Assembly: GCF_036971445.1 (NCBI RefSeq)
Contig: NC_091479.1
Location: forward strand, 95,852,001-95,916,000
Length of the DNA stretch: 64,000 nucleotides
Direction of reading: 5' to 3'
Source of the DNA: Narcine bancroftii
Taxonomy: Eukaryota
Positions 36,697 to 50,500 of the stretch are shown piece by piece. A program made the translations under genes and the position numbers. Each line of letters opens with the position of its first letter. Position 1 is the first letter of the stretch. The notes beneath the pieces are model-generated. The model was given only the letters and a program-made list of their open reading frames with translations, was not told where the DNA came from and made no database searches.

Positions 36697-36960
36697 TGTG
36701 ACGCGCTGCAGTGCAAACAAACAAGCTCAAACTGCGAAGGCTGTACTACAGGCTTTAATTAGCTTAAAACTTGCGCACAAGGTTTAGTGTCCCTTCTGGC
36801 TCCATGTGCTCTACTTCTATCTGAGGGCTGGCGAGAGCCTTTATATGGGCCGGTAGTAGGTTACCTCCCTGAAGGTTCAGTGGGTTGCCCCCTGCAGTAG
36901 GCAGGTAGGAATGCAGACAGGCGCAGGCAGTCACAGACAGTCTGGTGGTCGTATCACTCA
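36697..36960 (-). mobile_element. Probable short solo LTR
   Basis: TGTGA...TCACTCA termini, ATTAAA and a TATA-like motif (cccatataaagg) on the minus strand. TSD imperfect. Confidence 0.5.
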
Positions 36961-38096
36961 TTTTGTTAAAATGAGTCCTGGGGGGGGGGGGAGGTGGAGG
37001 AAAATATCACCATCTTCATGCCGTGTTGGCTAGATACAGAGTAGCTGGGAGAGAAAAACAGATTTACAGATTTATAAATTCAGGTGATCTGGTGGTCGCC
37101 ATTGTGTTCGGGACCATTGCAGGACAGGTCCCTGATCAATGGTAGATGGGAACAGGGCCACCTGAAGGTTGGCTGGGTCAGGAGTGGTTGGGGCAGCTGG
37201 CAGTGTGGGTGAGGTGTGCATGGCAGTGACGGGGTGTAGGCTGAAAAAATGACTATCTACAATGGAACTAGCCAGAGAAAAACTATTAAACAGATTATGG
37301 GTCAATTTAGAAAAGGAAAATGGGAAAAAAATATCCTAAAGTTATCAACATAGGTTCCATTTCTACCAAAGAGGGGCTATTCACTGATTTATCCAAATGT
37401 AATAATAAAAGTAAATTATGTATATTAATCACCCAATAATAGAATCTAGAAATGATCATCCTCCATTCATTTTAGTCTTTTGAAGATGGGCTTCATGCAC
37501 ATTTTTTCTCTTTCTGCCATATACAAGTAGAAATAACCAAATCTAATGAGCAGCTAAAAAAGGATTTAGGAATAAAAATTAGTAGAGCTTGAAAAAAATA
37601 AAGAAATTTAGGTAAAATGTTCATTTTAATCAAATTAATACGACCCATCAGTATAATAGATAAAGTGATCATTACGATAAAAGTAATTTAATCTTATTGA
37701 GTAATACCAAAAAATTCTCTTTCACTAAAGTTTTTTTGGTAAGTTTTCGTAATGGTATTTCCTAAATATTGGAATTGATCTTTCACTATATTAAATGGGA
37801 ACTTAGATTAGCTTGCAAAAGATCCTTTAAAGGGTAAAATTCACTCTTATGTAAATTTAATTTATAACTGGAAAACTGGCTAAATTGGGCAAAGTTAATG
37901 TATTTGGTAAAGAAACCTCAGGATTTGAAATAAAAAGTAATAAATTATCTTCATAATATTTTGTTCAATTCCACATCTAATTATACCTTTGAATTCTTGA
38001 CATTGTTGGAAAGCAACAATTAAATGTCTCAGTACCATATCAAAAAGCAAAGGACTTAACAGGCAACCTTGCCACGTTTCCTTATTAAGCCTAAAC

Positions 38097-38544
38097 TGTA
38101 AAGTTTAAAACCTTGTGTTTTAATTCTTAGTTAATTTTGTGCCTGTCTCTTTTAGAGAACTATTGTTTGTAGTGTTACCATAGTGACTATGATGTAATAT
38201 GTTGCATTGTCCAATCAGACTAACGACTTGCTCATTATTCTTCAAGATGTGATGGAAGTGTGAGCACAAGAAATTGTTCTTTGAATTGTGTATCTAAAGT
38301 TTTTGTGTCTCTATTTTTGCATCTTTATATATGTTTTATATCTTTATTATACAATAAATGCTTTGTTATTCATTGTTATGAAAGTCTTAATATGAAACTA
38401 TGCAAAATGTTTATCCATTTTATCAATGAGTTAAAACTACATAAAGTCACAGCCACAGAGTTTGATCTGTTGAATTAAAGAGATATGAAATTGGGATATC
38501 ATAGCTCACACCTTGGAAGATGATACGGAAAGTGTCATCTATAC
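38097..38544. mobile_element. ~450-bp solo-LTR-like repeat, copy 1
   Basis: Colinear with 49468-49922 over its full length. Flanked by AAAC/AAAC. Confidence 0.7.
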
Positions 38545-38548
38545 AAAC

Positions 38549-39460
38549 ATTTTTTATTGTTGTATATTAGAACAATTTGAAGCTGTAGGGCATGAATATA
38601 ATAATTTAATCCATTTAATGAAGTCTGGATCAAATTAATTTTTTCTAAGATAGCAAAGAGATACTCCTATTCCACCCAATCAAATGTTTTCTCAGCATCT
38701 TATGAAATAACACATTCTGTCGCTGGGTTGGTGGGTAAATATAAAATATTCAATAGTCAATGTATGTTATAATGAGAATAGCAATTTTTTAATAAAACCA
38801 GTTTGGTCAGAGTCAATAATTATTGGTAGAATATTTTCTAATCTATGTGCTAAAATCTTAGATAAAATTTTCATATCAACAGTATGAGATAGGTCAATAA
38901 TATGTACAATCTGTTGACTCTTTTCCTTTTTTTTAAGAATAAAAGAAATACAAGCCTCATTAAACGATAAAGGAAGCTTCTCATCTTTAAAAGAGTCAGC
39001 CAAAACCAAGTTTAAATGGGGTACAAGCCATTTGGAGAAAGATTTATAAAATTCAACAGGAAAACTGTCTGGTCCTGGAGATTTACCAGTCTGTAGTGAC
39101 ACAACGATATCCTCCTGTGAAATAGGTTTCTCCAGACTTGCACGTCAGTCTTGAGAAAGTACAAGTAAATTCAACCAATCTCTCAATTCCAACATTGAAG
39201 CATAACCATTATTAAATTGAGAGGTATACAGGTTAGAGGAAAGTTCTCTAAAAGTCTCATTTATTTTGAAATAATCTGTTGTCATTATACTATCTCTCAT
39301 CTGAATCTTATTTATTTGTTTTTTAGCAGAAATTCCTTTCAAATGTCTAGCTAGTAACTGACTAGATTTTTCCCCATGAATGTAAAAAAAAAAGACTTCT
39401 TAACAATTGCTGTTCAATTCGATAGGTAGAGAGAAGATCAAATTTAGTTTTGCTTGATTA
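38549..39460 (-). mobile_element. L1/Tx1 ORF2 internal fragment
   Basis: MSLQTGKSPGPDSFPVEFYKSF...DMKILSKILAHRLENILPIIIDSDQTGFIK (RT N-terminal motifs). Confidence 0.88.
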
Positions 39461-39928
39461 GTTCTAACCTAAGAAATAATTTTTTTTTCTTAAATACTCT
39501 TTATAGCATCACAGTAGGTTCTGTTCATAAATGGAGAATCTGCACCGTGCAAACCTGTGGTGATTAGGAAGTGATTTTGTTTAAATATGTACATTTTAAA
39601 TTCAGTTATACTGATGATTTTCTTAACATTATATTTTCAATTTTTAGTGGAAAGCAATTCATAAAGATTAAATGTAAGTGGCCTGCCAATCCCCAAGTTA
39701 ATTAGGTTCAGTAGAAGTCCAAAAATCCAGATGCCAGAAATCCACACCAACCGAGAATCTAGACTTTTCAAAACCCTCAAACTTTTAACATTTAGCGGGC
39801 TTTTGTGTGCATGCGTAAGCTCCATAAATGCACAGCAGCAACAAGCGACCACGCGGTCACTATTTTGAAATGAGCAATCAAGCTGTGACAAGGCTAGAAT
39901 TTTGTGTCCTACTCTTTCATTTACCACA

Positions 39929-40409
39929 GCTGGCAGAATCCGCAAGCATCGAATCCACGCTGCTGAAGACCCAACTGCGCTGGGTGGGTCACGTCTCCAG
40001 AATGGAGGACCATCGCCTTCCCAAGATCGTGTTATATGGCGAGCTCTCCACTGGCCACCAAGACAGAGGTACATCAAAGAAGAGGTACAAGGACTACTTA
40101 AAGAAATCTCTTGGTGCCTGCCATATTGACCACCGCCAATGGGCTGATATCGCCTCCAACCGTGCATCTTGGCGCCTCACAGTTCAGCGGGCTGCAACCT
40201 CCTTTGAAGAAGACAGCAGAGCCCACCTCACTGACAAAAGAGGAAAAACCCAACACCCAACCCCAATCAACCAATTTTCCCTTGCAACCGATGCAACCGT
40301 GCCTGCCTGTCCCGCATTGGACTTGTCAGTCACCAACGAGCCTGCAGCAGACGTGGACATACCCCTCCGTAAATCTTCATCCGCGAAGCCAAGCCAAAGA
40401 AAAAAAAGA
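39929..40409 (+). mobile_element. RTE LINE 3' fragment (same family)
   Basis: Closely similar to ~18320-18800. Peptide LRWVGHVSRMEDHRLPKIVLYGELSTG. Confidence 0.9.
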
Positions 40410-40889
40410 ATTTCAAACTGCCCACCTCAACTCAGGTTCCTTATGCCTTAAGCAATCACAGTGTTCTTTGATTAGTAAGGGATTGCTTAAGGTGGTAATG
40501 TGAGTGGGAAGGGAAGGCTGAAAACCACTGCTCTAGACCCAATTGTTACTGAAATATTTTGCTTGACAAAAATTGTCATTGGCCCATTTCCTTTGGAGTT
40601 AGAAAACCATGCAGATAACACGTCAATTAAGTTTTCAAACATTTTCTTTCCACTCACATACCACCTTAAGCAATCACTTACTAATCAGAAAGCATTTATG
40701 GCATAGGGATTGCTTAAGGTGGAATGTGAGTTTAGGAGGGAAGTTCGAAAACTATTGATTTTTACTATATATATAAGCATACGCATTTACAAACCCGTAA
40801 TAATGGATCCTAAAGTAGATAAACTTTGTAGTGTGAAGATAAAAAACAACACATTGAAATTTCATTAGAAAATCGTGATAGAGCGTTGC

Positions 40890-41250
40890 ATGAATTTTTT
40901 TTGTTAAAACAATCAGAATTTATGTCAATTTCTGGGCTGATTCTTATTACCAAAGCAAAGTCTTTTGGTAATAAGAATATTGGATCAGAGTGAGCATTTA
41001 GTGATGGATGGTTTAGGAATTTCAAGACCCGTCATGGTATTGGACAGTTAGATATTGCTGGAGAAAGTCAGTCGGCTGATACACAAGCAACATTTGGAAA
41101 AATTGTTACTGACTATGACCTCACAACCGATCAAATTTAAAAATGCTGATGAAATAGGGATTTACTGGATGTGTTTGCCCACAAAAACCTTGGCTGGAAA
41201 CCAAGATCTAAATGCAGCAGGGTTTAAGCTTAATAACGAAAGATTGTTGA
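40890..41250 (+). mobile_element. Tigger/pogo transposase pseudogene fragment
   Basis: Translates with disruptions to FSDGWFRNFKTRHGIGQLDIAGESQSAD...NADEIGIYWMCLPTKTLA (CENP-B-type HTH and start of the DDE domain). Confidence 0.8.
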
Positions 41251-44200
41251 CTTTATTTTTCTTTAAAACTGCTTGTTCTGATAAATGAAGCATGCTGTAT
41301 TTGCTAATTAATAATTTGTGATACAAATTTGAATTCGATACATGATAAATTAATTAAATCGGATGATTTAAAAGCATATTTGCAAGGGCAAACATTAAGT
41401 TTGACATCTAAAATTAAATTTAAATTTGTTAAATTAGCATTAGCAGTTGCGAGAAAATGTACTGCAATTACTTGGAAATCGGATACATACCAAGGTGACA
41501 TGCTGAAATTCAAAGTTGTATCCCATTGGAAAAAAATTATTTATAATCTAAGAAATAAATACTCTCTGTTCTAACAAATTTGGGGCTCATGTACTCAGGT
41601 AATGGGATTAAATTTGTACTGATATCCTTATTACCCCTTTGGCCCTGCAGAATCTTCCTCTATATGTTTGTGTTAGAACTGATGAGTTGCGCTGCATGAC
41701 CTTTTTCTCTGCAATCCAAGATACTTCGTTTAATTTTTTTTCTTTTTCCATCTTTTTATACATATTTTTATTTTTCAATTTGTATTTTTTTCTCTGTTTG
41801 GGGTGGGAGGTTGGATAGGAGGGAGGGATTTTTGGAATGGGGTGAAAATCATCATGTATGTAATCAATTTGTTCTTTTTGATATCTGTATATTATAATAA
41901 TTGTAGTCACTGCATGTATGGAGTATTAAATAAAATATTACAAAACAATGTTGTCCATATTAAATTCAAATTTGCAGGAAGCTGGAGGCATTGCTGCCTC
42001 AAAAACTGATTTTTTTGTGCGAGTTTTGATGTTTTTATCTTCAAACGTCCACCTTCCCTCAGATGGTCAAAAACTATGCTAGAACATTGTGGATGATGGT
42101 GAATTGTAGCATCTATCTTTGCAGAGAAGATTGCTCATGAAATATGGGTAATGTCTACTTTTTCCTGGGCCCCATCGTGGACTTTTATTGCTAAAGTATT
42201 ATGCAAAGGGGGCATACTCGTACAATTGTCATTGAAAGCCTCATTCGGTTTTCCGTGAAATATACACAATTTGCAATAATGAAGTGTATCTCTATGACTA
42301 CGCTTAAAGTAACCTTAGTTCAGAAATAGAGATTGAACGATTTCCCATTTTTCTTGAAGAATAGCAAGAAAAAGTGTATATCATGGCTAATGTGATTTAT
42401 GGTGTGAAAAATAAAAAATAAATAATAAAAAAAAAAGAATAGCTTCACTTCTTAGAGAAGCCTGTTGGAGGCAAATTGCCATATTGCAGTGAGAAAGGAT
42501 GAGGTAAGAGTTGGGGCAGGCAATTCAGAAATGGTTCCTTTGCTTCACTGTTGTTTAGCAATTCACAAAAACATCTATTTGATGCTGTGCAGCCAAGGAG
42601 AATCAACTTCATAGGGGAATCGGTTAATAATTTGCATGAATCGGGCAATTCTGTCTTACTGAAGTTTTGCCTTGAGCAGCCAGTGGCCACATTGTAACAG
42701 AAGAAGAAAAAAAATTGGAAGCCACATGCTGTGTAGTAAAATTGTCCTTAACAAATTGCTCCATTGTTAAAGTGATTGGAAGCCAAAGGTTGCATGTAGG
42801 CTCATTTAAAAGTTGCCTGCAGCTAACGATACTGAGAGAAAAATAAAGTGACACTGCCCTGTCTAAATTTTTTAACAGGCTACTGCTAATGTGAAAAATC
42901 ACTTTCCATGCCTATTGCCTGTGGTAGTGCAAGGAAATTTTCTATGGTGCTTTGTCTGGTGGAATCTGTCAGGGGTGTCTTTCTCTAATGAATGGTGATG
43001 CAACTGAACTCAATGAGAGTGTACATTTGTAGAGAGTGTGTAATCATTCTTATTCTTAAAAAAAAGATGGAAGTAAGTGGAAGCTGGTAAATCAAGATAT
43101 AAAGTAATGTCTACACGGTATCCAATAGTTTGTATCCCAGAACGTCTATGTATTCCAACAGTTTTTTTCTGCGATAAAAGTTGCTGCGTCTTGATGAAAA
43201 GATGTGAATCATGCACCATGCTTTAACACGAAAAGAAATTAATTGAGATCATAATGTACCAAAAAGATTTTTGCCTCTAACCAGTGACTTTGAAGTATCT
43301 GAATTGAGAACTTGTTTCTGCTTTAATTTGACCGCAACAGAATTGACATGCCTTCATGTTCAGTTTTTTTTTAAACTGCTCTCACGTACTAAATTTAGAA
43401 AATATTATGGAAAACTGTTGAGTTTCTCCAGCATTGTGTTTTTACTACATCAAACGGTAGTTCCTTTCATTTGCTATGTATTCTTAATGATATTTTACTA
43501 AATCCCACAAGATTCTGGGGTTTTTGTTAAAGTTTTAGGCATCAACATTTGCTGGTCAGTTTATTTATTCCTTGAAAATGATGATCTGGTGACTTTGATC
43601 ACTTACATTTGTTGTACGCAACACGTGGCTTTAAAATATTCAACCAACAATGTCAAAATTCAACACCTAATTAAAATTGCTTGTAGATGAAATAACATAT
43701 TGTAAGCAATTAAGGTCTTCTGCTTAAGAACCTGCTTTTTTTTCCCTTTTTTTTTCTTTTATCCATGTCGTAAGAGCATTACCCACAAATTGTGACTGGC
43801 ACTCCAGAAAAATGATAGTTTTGCACCATTTAACGTGCAACAGCCATCGATGGATCTGTCAGTTATTTGAATGATTCACTGTGTGGGATGAAAGTAATGA
43901 TCCATCGAATTCCCAGTGACATTAGGCTGTTAATCTGGCAAGTATTCTCAAGTGCAATTGCTGGTAATGCGTGAGTATTTATTGTGTTTAGATGGAGTTC
44001 CAATGAGCTCCGAGGGTGAGAGTGAAACCTCTTGCCTTTTCACACTGTGCTCAAGACCCCTGAACCTTATGCACATTCAGTCACAGACTGAAGGTAATGG
44101 AGCATGAGTTGAAGCTCAATAGACCTTGCATTAGCACAGGGGATGAGAATGTCATTAACTGCAAAGTTTCTTAAAAAAAAAGAAAACACAAGAATTACCC

Positions 44201-44884
44201 TGTTTTGGATGCAAACGTTATCCTTTTAGAAAAAGAACATTTCTATTATAATACAGAAGACTCTTGTTATTGTAGCTTTCAATTTGCCAGTCCATAAAGA
44301 GTCAATAGGCATGAAGGGACAATAAGGGGATTCACTCTAATAAGAGGCCACTTTCCTGAGAAAAACATTGAAAGTTATTTTATAACAGATAGTCCCCTGT
44401 TTGCCACAAATATCGTTTAAACTATAGATATTTTAACAATATTTCCCACGTCAAGTGGCGGATAGATTGGAGGACTCTAGTGAGGGATATTTTCTTCAAG
44501 GTTTGAAGTGATGAGAATGAACAAACAACATAACAAAGGGTAGAAATAAATCAAAGAGGGGCTTTTGAAGCATTGTAGCACAGTGGAAAGTGACAGTGAA
44601 GTAGTGGAGTTGCTCACAATTTTACAGCACGCGAGGCCAATCAGTCCATGGAGCTTAGGCCAGCTCATTGAACGAGCTATCCCATCAGTCCAGGTCCTGC
44701 CTCTTCCAGTGCCACTGTAATTTCTTTTTTACCCCAAGTGTTCGTTCATTCCTTAGCCTGAAATCACAATGAGATTCCCAGATAAGAATGGATTAAAACA
44801 ATAGGTTTTCTCAGTCGGTTGGCAAGATTTGTGAAGCTCCTTGGAAAGGCCTGATTTTCAGCATTCCCCATAATTTGCTCTTCA

Positions 44885-45890
44885 AATTCAAGTTTATTTA
44901 TCATCTATTCCACTAGTGCAATCTGAATAAACAGTGCTCTCCGGTCCTCAGTACAAAAGATGCAAACTCAATCAGACATAACACATGTACGGTCAAGCGA
45001 TACATATGCAGGACAAATATACATGTATAAAAATATTGTTTAATAAATTGAGTTATGGATGGGTAATGTGAGCTGTTCATTTAGTCGTTCAGCATTCTCA
45101 CTGCCCGTAGGAAGAAGCTGTTCCTCAGCCTTGTGGTGCTGGCTATGATACCCTGTATATCTTTCCTGATGGGAACAGTTAAAGAAGCTGTGGGCAGGGT
45201 AATAAGGCTCAACGATTTTGTGTGCCCTCTTCAGATAATGATCCTGGTAGATCACATCGATGTGGGGGTGGGGAGAGACTCCAGTGATTCTCTCCTGCCG
45301 CTCTCATGATCCTGTGGATTGATCTCTGATCCAATTCTCTACAGCAGCTGGCTAGGACACTCTTGATCGAGCTCCTGTAGGAGGTGGACATGATGGTGGC
45401 TTGTAGTCTTCCCCACTTCAGACTTCTCAGTAAATGCAGTCACTGTTGTGCCATTCTGAGAAGCAAGAAGATGTGTGTCCAGAATAGGTCACTTGTGGAG
45501 TCCGAAGAACATGGTGCTCTCTACTTTCTTCACTACTGAGTTATTACTGTGTAGTAGAGTTGGTCGTTCCTGGTCCTATGGAAGTCCACAATCATCTCCT
45601 TCATCTTGTCCATGTTGAGACTCAAGTTGTTTCTGATGAGGCCAACCACTGTTATGTTAACTGCAAACTTGATGATTCTATTGGAGCAGGGTTTGGGGTT
45701 GCAGTCATGGTATGAACAGGAGCAAGCTCATCACGCACCCCTGAGGTGCACCAGTGCTCAGTTTTTCAGTATTTGACGTTCTGCTGTCGAGCTCGACAGA
45801 CTGGGGTCTTTCCATTCGGAGGTCCAGAATCCAGTTATAGAGAGGGATGATGAGTCCCAATCATTGTATTGAGATTTCCAGAGTTTACGG
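44885..45890 (-). mobile_element. Rex/Babar-type LINE 3' fragment
   Basis: Degenerate peptides such as YRSSIKSVLASC and a microsatellite-like tail (tcaaattcaagttta). Confidence 0.65.
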
Positions 45891-45922
45891 TGATTTTTCT
45901 TTGCATATTTTAATAAATGATG

Positions 45923-46348
45923 CCACGTCTCCAGAATGAAGGACCATCGCCTTCCCAAGATCGTGTTCTATGGCGAGCTCTCCACTGGCCACCGAGGCAG
46001 AGGTGCGCCATAGAAGAGGTACAAGGACTGCCTAAAGAAAGCTCTTGGTGCCTGCCCCATTGACCGCCGCCAGTGGGCTGATCTTGCCTCCAACCGTGCA
46101 TCTTGGCGCCTCACCGTTCGGCGGGCAGCAACCTCCTTTGAAGAAGACCGCAGAGCCCACCTCACTGTCAAAAGACCAAGGAGGAAAAACCCAACACCCA
46201 ACCCCAACCCACCAATTTTCCCCTGCAACCGCTGCAACCGTGTCTGCCTGTCCCGCATCGGACTTGTCAGCCACCAATGAGCCTGCAGCTGACGTGGACT
46301 TTACCCCTCCATAAATCTTCGTCCGCGAAGCCAAGCCGAAGAAGAAGA
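45923..46348 (+). mobile_element. RTE LINE 3' fragment (same family)
   Basis: Closely similar 3' end with a (GAA)n tail. Confidence 0.9.
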
Positions 46349-47424
46349 CTAGATTCCTATGTCTAAGAGCCTCCACCTCCCACCTTTACATACATAAAGG
46401 AGCACGGTGATGGATATTCCTTATTCTGCATCGTATCAGAATGGACAGCCAAAGCAGGAGGTTCTTGTACTGAAGCAGCTCTGAAGAAATAAACACCACA
46501 CATGAAATTACCCCCTATCTGAGACACTGGTGTTTACTTTTTTCATTCAGTGATTTTAAACGACAGTAGATTTGCTGGGAATGTTGGCATTTATTGCCCA
46601 TTCTTAACAGTTGCTGGATTAGGAAGGATATGCACTGTCTGGAATTACTTATTGTCAAACTGAATAAGGAAACAGACTTCATTCGTTGAAGGAAATAAAT
46701 CAGTGGTTCCCAACATTTTTTTTAACCCAACTCACATACCACTTTAAGTAATCCCGAGTGTACTCTCAGTTCAAGTTGGTGAAATCACCACACAATCCTG
46801 ACATGGAAATATATCGCTGCTTCTTCACCGTCACTGGGCTAAAATCCTGACAGTAATGCGGGTACTGCACCTCGAGGACTACAACAATTTAAGGAGGTAA
46901 CTCACCACCACCTCCTCAAAGGCATTTAGGGGTGGCCTGAGGAGCTTACATCTTTTGAAAAAAATGAGAAAATGCATGATCTGGGAGCACATGGGTTCTC
47001 GTCTCAGTCAGGCAACACAGAGACTAATTACTAATATGATTCATTAATAGAGGACACTGAAATGACAGCAGCCTTGGCAGAAGAGGAAGTTACTAAAATA
47101 TGAATCACTCAACTGGATGGCAATTACTGTATTGTAAATAGGGAAGAAACATATAATCCATCAAAATGACTGATTAGATGGAGTATGTGAGAATAAATTA
47201 AGCAAGTATGCCTCCAACACAATGAAAAAAAGGTTTCCCAGAACTTGCCTTTCCAGAGTCACAAGCTGTTTGTTTTGTCCATTCCAAGTAATGGCCAACA
47301 AATCACCTTTAGCAAGGTCTCTGAATGGGATTGGTTTTTAAAAATGAATAACTTCAGCACTGTATTAGAATCATCTGCAAGACTGGCACTGGCTACTAAG
47401 TTTGCATGGCACTAAAAGTGGCAT

Positions 47425-48210
47425 CAAGGTCAATGAGGAAGGTTACCTAAAATTACAATGAAATCTGGATCATCTGAGTTAGTGGGTCAAGGAATGGCAG
47501 CTAAGAAGATGTTGCATTTCGGAAAGTCTAGCAGGGATAGAACTTGCGTAATAAATGGTAGGGCCCAGGGGAGTATGGAGGAACACAAAGACTGAGGGGT
47601 ACAGGTACATAGTTCCCTGGAAATGGTAACTGTGAAGACACAGTGGAGAAGATAGTTTGGCACACTTGCTTTTAATGGTCAGGGTATTATGTACAGAGGT
47701 TGGGACATCTTGTTGGATGCTGTGTGCAGTTCTGGTCACCTTGATATAGGAAGGATGTCATTAAACTAGTAAGAGTGCAAAAATATTAACAAGGATGTAA
47801 TTGGTTCTGCAGGGCTCAGGTTATAAAAAGAGATTGGATAGGCTCCAATTTTTTTTATTTCCCTGAAGCAGAAGAGTGACCTTACAGAGAATACAAACTA
47901 TTGAAGGGCATAGAATAGTCACAGTCTTTTTTCCAGGGGTAAGAGGGGCAAAAGTCTAGATGGAGGGGGTAAAAATTTAAAAGAGACCTGAGGGGCAGAA
48001 TTTTCAGATAGAGGGTGGTGGATATATTGAATGAGCTGCCAAGACATGATAGAAATGGGTACAATGACAACATTTTAAAGATATTTGGACAGATACATAG
48101 ATAGGGAGGGGTTAGAGGGATATGAGCCAAGCAGCAAGGGCAAGAGTGTTTAGCTCAGTTAGAAAATTTGGTTGGTATAGATGAGTTACTTTGATTCTGT
48201 TTAGTTCTAG
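47425..48210 (+). mobile_element. CR1 LINE 3' fragment
   Basis: Degenerate CR1 ORF2 C-terminal DNA (gatgttgcatttcgg, gtgcagttctggtcacc, gagacctgaggggca). Similar pieces at ~20760-21100(-), 34000-34770 and 53690-54135. Confidence 0.75.
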
Positions 48211-49189
48211 CGTCAGTTTAGCATAAAGAATGCCTTGAATGTAAAGTTTCCTGGTAGATTTTGCAGTTACGACAAGCTAGGGTAGGATTAATTTGGCTAA
48301 TCATAGTGGATGCTAAAAACAATCTGCAGGGCCATGAGTTTCATCAATTGGTCAGGGTAAGAATGTGCTGTAGTTATTCTGAGAACTTTAGTAGTATATA
48401 GGAAAATCAATTGCCGAGCATCAATTAAAATGGAGTGGCCTAATGAATTTGGGAAGTCCAATCGAAGCAGAACTGGCACAGTGTTAACTCCGTGACCATA
48501 CATCAGATGCTAAATGAAAAAAAAATGTAAAGGGCTGTTTTGTGGTTAAGTATCATTTCACCAACTAGCTTCATGAAAATGGCAAAATTGTTAACTATTG
48601 GCGAAGAAGTTGCTTCATGTTCCAAGCTAAACCAGCAACAGGTAAAAACAACTGAACGAATAAGCTGAAAAATTCATCGAGAGGTTGCCAAAGAAAGAAA
48701 TTAGAAAAACATGTACATTATCTGGGAGTGAAACAAGAAAGTCTGCAGATGGTGTGATGTTAATGGTTACCATCTCTGTATGTATGCAGTATGTATGACT
48801 GGCCCGCCCCTGCAACTCCTCCCCTTGGAATCCCCTAATAAAGGTGATTACGCCCAGACCCCTCCCCCAGTAGGAGCTCTGGACTTGGGCACAGGCCCCA
48901 AGAGGATAGGAGGGCAGGAGGGAAAAGCTGAGTGACAGGTGCTTTCCTACCCATGCCCACATATGGCCTCTTGGATGTTGGCCTGTGCTCCTCTCCTGCC
49001 CCTTCTTTCCTCCTACTCCTACCTTTTTATTCAGGCGCTTGCCTGGTTTCTGATCACACCTTGACAAAGGCCACACAGGCCCAAAACACTGGTTATAAAA
49101 GTATCTTTGCCTCTTAAGGACACTGTGGGACCTGGTGAGTTCCTCCAGTACTTTTGTATATTAACTATATCATCTGGGATGCAGCTTAG

Positions 49190-50500
49190 ACAATTGTCAG
49201 AGTACATTCATGACCTCACATACAACCCTGAGATTCTTTTTCCTGCGGGGAAGGCAGAATTACCACTTAATAGTAGTGCAAAATAAACTGTACATAAAGT
49301 ACACATGTAAACAAATAAATAAATGTAAAAAGACTGTGCAATACAGAGAGGAAAAATATACAAGTGCAAAAGTATGAATCCTGTTTGAGTATGTTGTTGA
49401 GGGGTCTAATGGTGGAGCAGCTGTAACCCATGGAATAACCTGGTGGTGCGAGTCTTGTGACACCTATTGTAAAGGTTAAAACCTTGATTTTTTTGATTCT
49501 TAGTTAATTTTAGTTAATTTAAGAAAAAGTATTGTTTGTAGTGTTACCATAGTGACTATGATGTCATATGTCATAATATTAGACTGAGCTTGCATCTCAC
49601 TCTTCGATGAACCGAAGGAGACGTAAGCTCGAGTGTTTCTTTGAATTTGTCTTATTTTGTCTTCTTTCTTCTTGTATCTCTCTTTAGAGTTGAATATTGT
49701 CTTTAAATATAGTCGAATGCTTTGTTTACTCATCATTATGAAAATCTTAATGCAAAGTTTAACCTTTTTTATCAATGAATTAAAGCTACATAAAGCTGTA
49801 TCTACAAAGTTTGGTTTATTGGATTAATAAGATAGTATTTTTGGCCTATCATCCTTATGTTTCCTTGAAGATGACACATTTAAAATGAGGAAATACTAGA
49901 ACCTGGAAAGTGTCGTCGATACCTATACCTCTTCCCTGACGGTAGCAGCAATAACAGAGCGTGTGGTGCTGCTCTCTGAAAGCAGTGTTCCCTATAGATG
50001 TTCTCAATAGTGGGGAGGGTTTTGCCTGTGATGTTCTGGGCTGTGTCCACTGCCCCTTGTAGATCTTTATGCTTAGGGATATTGATGTCCCCAGTCAGTT
50101 AGCACACTTTTCACCACACATCTGTTCAAATTTTCCAGGGTTTCCAATGTCAAACCAAACCACTACAATCTCCTGACAAAGTAGAGGGTACTGGTGTGCC
50201 TTCTTCATGATGTGATGAGTGTGTTAGGTCCAGGAAAGATCCTCTGAGATAGTGATTCCCAAGAACTTAAAATTGCTCAGTCTCTCCACCTCTGATCCCC
50301 AATGATCACTTGATCATATACCTCTGGTTTTCCCTTCCTGAAGTCAACAATCAACTCCATAGCTTTGGTGACATTGAGTGTAAGATTGTTGATAGTGCAC
50401 CATTCAGCCAAGTTTTCAATCCCCCTCCTGTATTCTGACACATTGCGCCTTTTATACATCGGCAAATTTGTGGATGGTGTGAAGCTCATGGCTGAAGTCC
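49190..50500 (-). mobile_element. Rex/Babar-type LINE fragment
   Basis: ORF 50277-50525 EYRRGIENLAEWCTINNLTLNVTKAMELIVDFRK is characteristic of Rex1-type RT. Confidence 0.8.
49468..49922. mobile_element. ~450-bp solo-LTR-like repeat, copy 2, inserted in a Rex/Babar fragment
   Basis: Flanked by CTAT/CTAT. Removing it restores host sequence gacacctatacctctt, similar to that seen near 1990. Confidence 0.75.
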
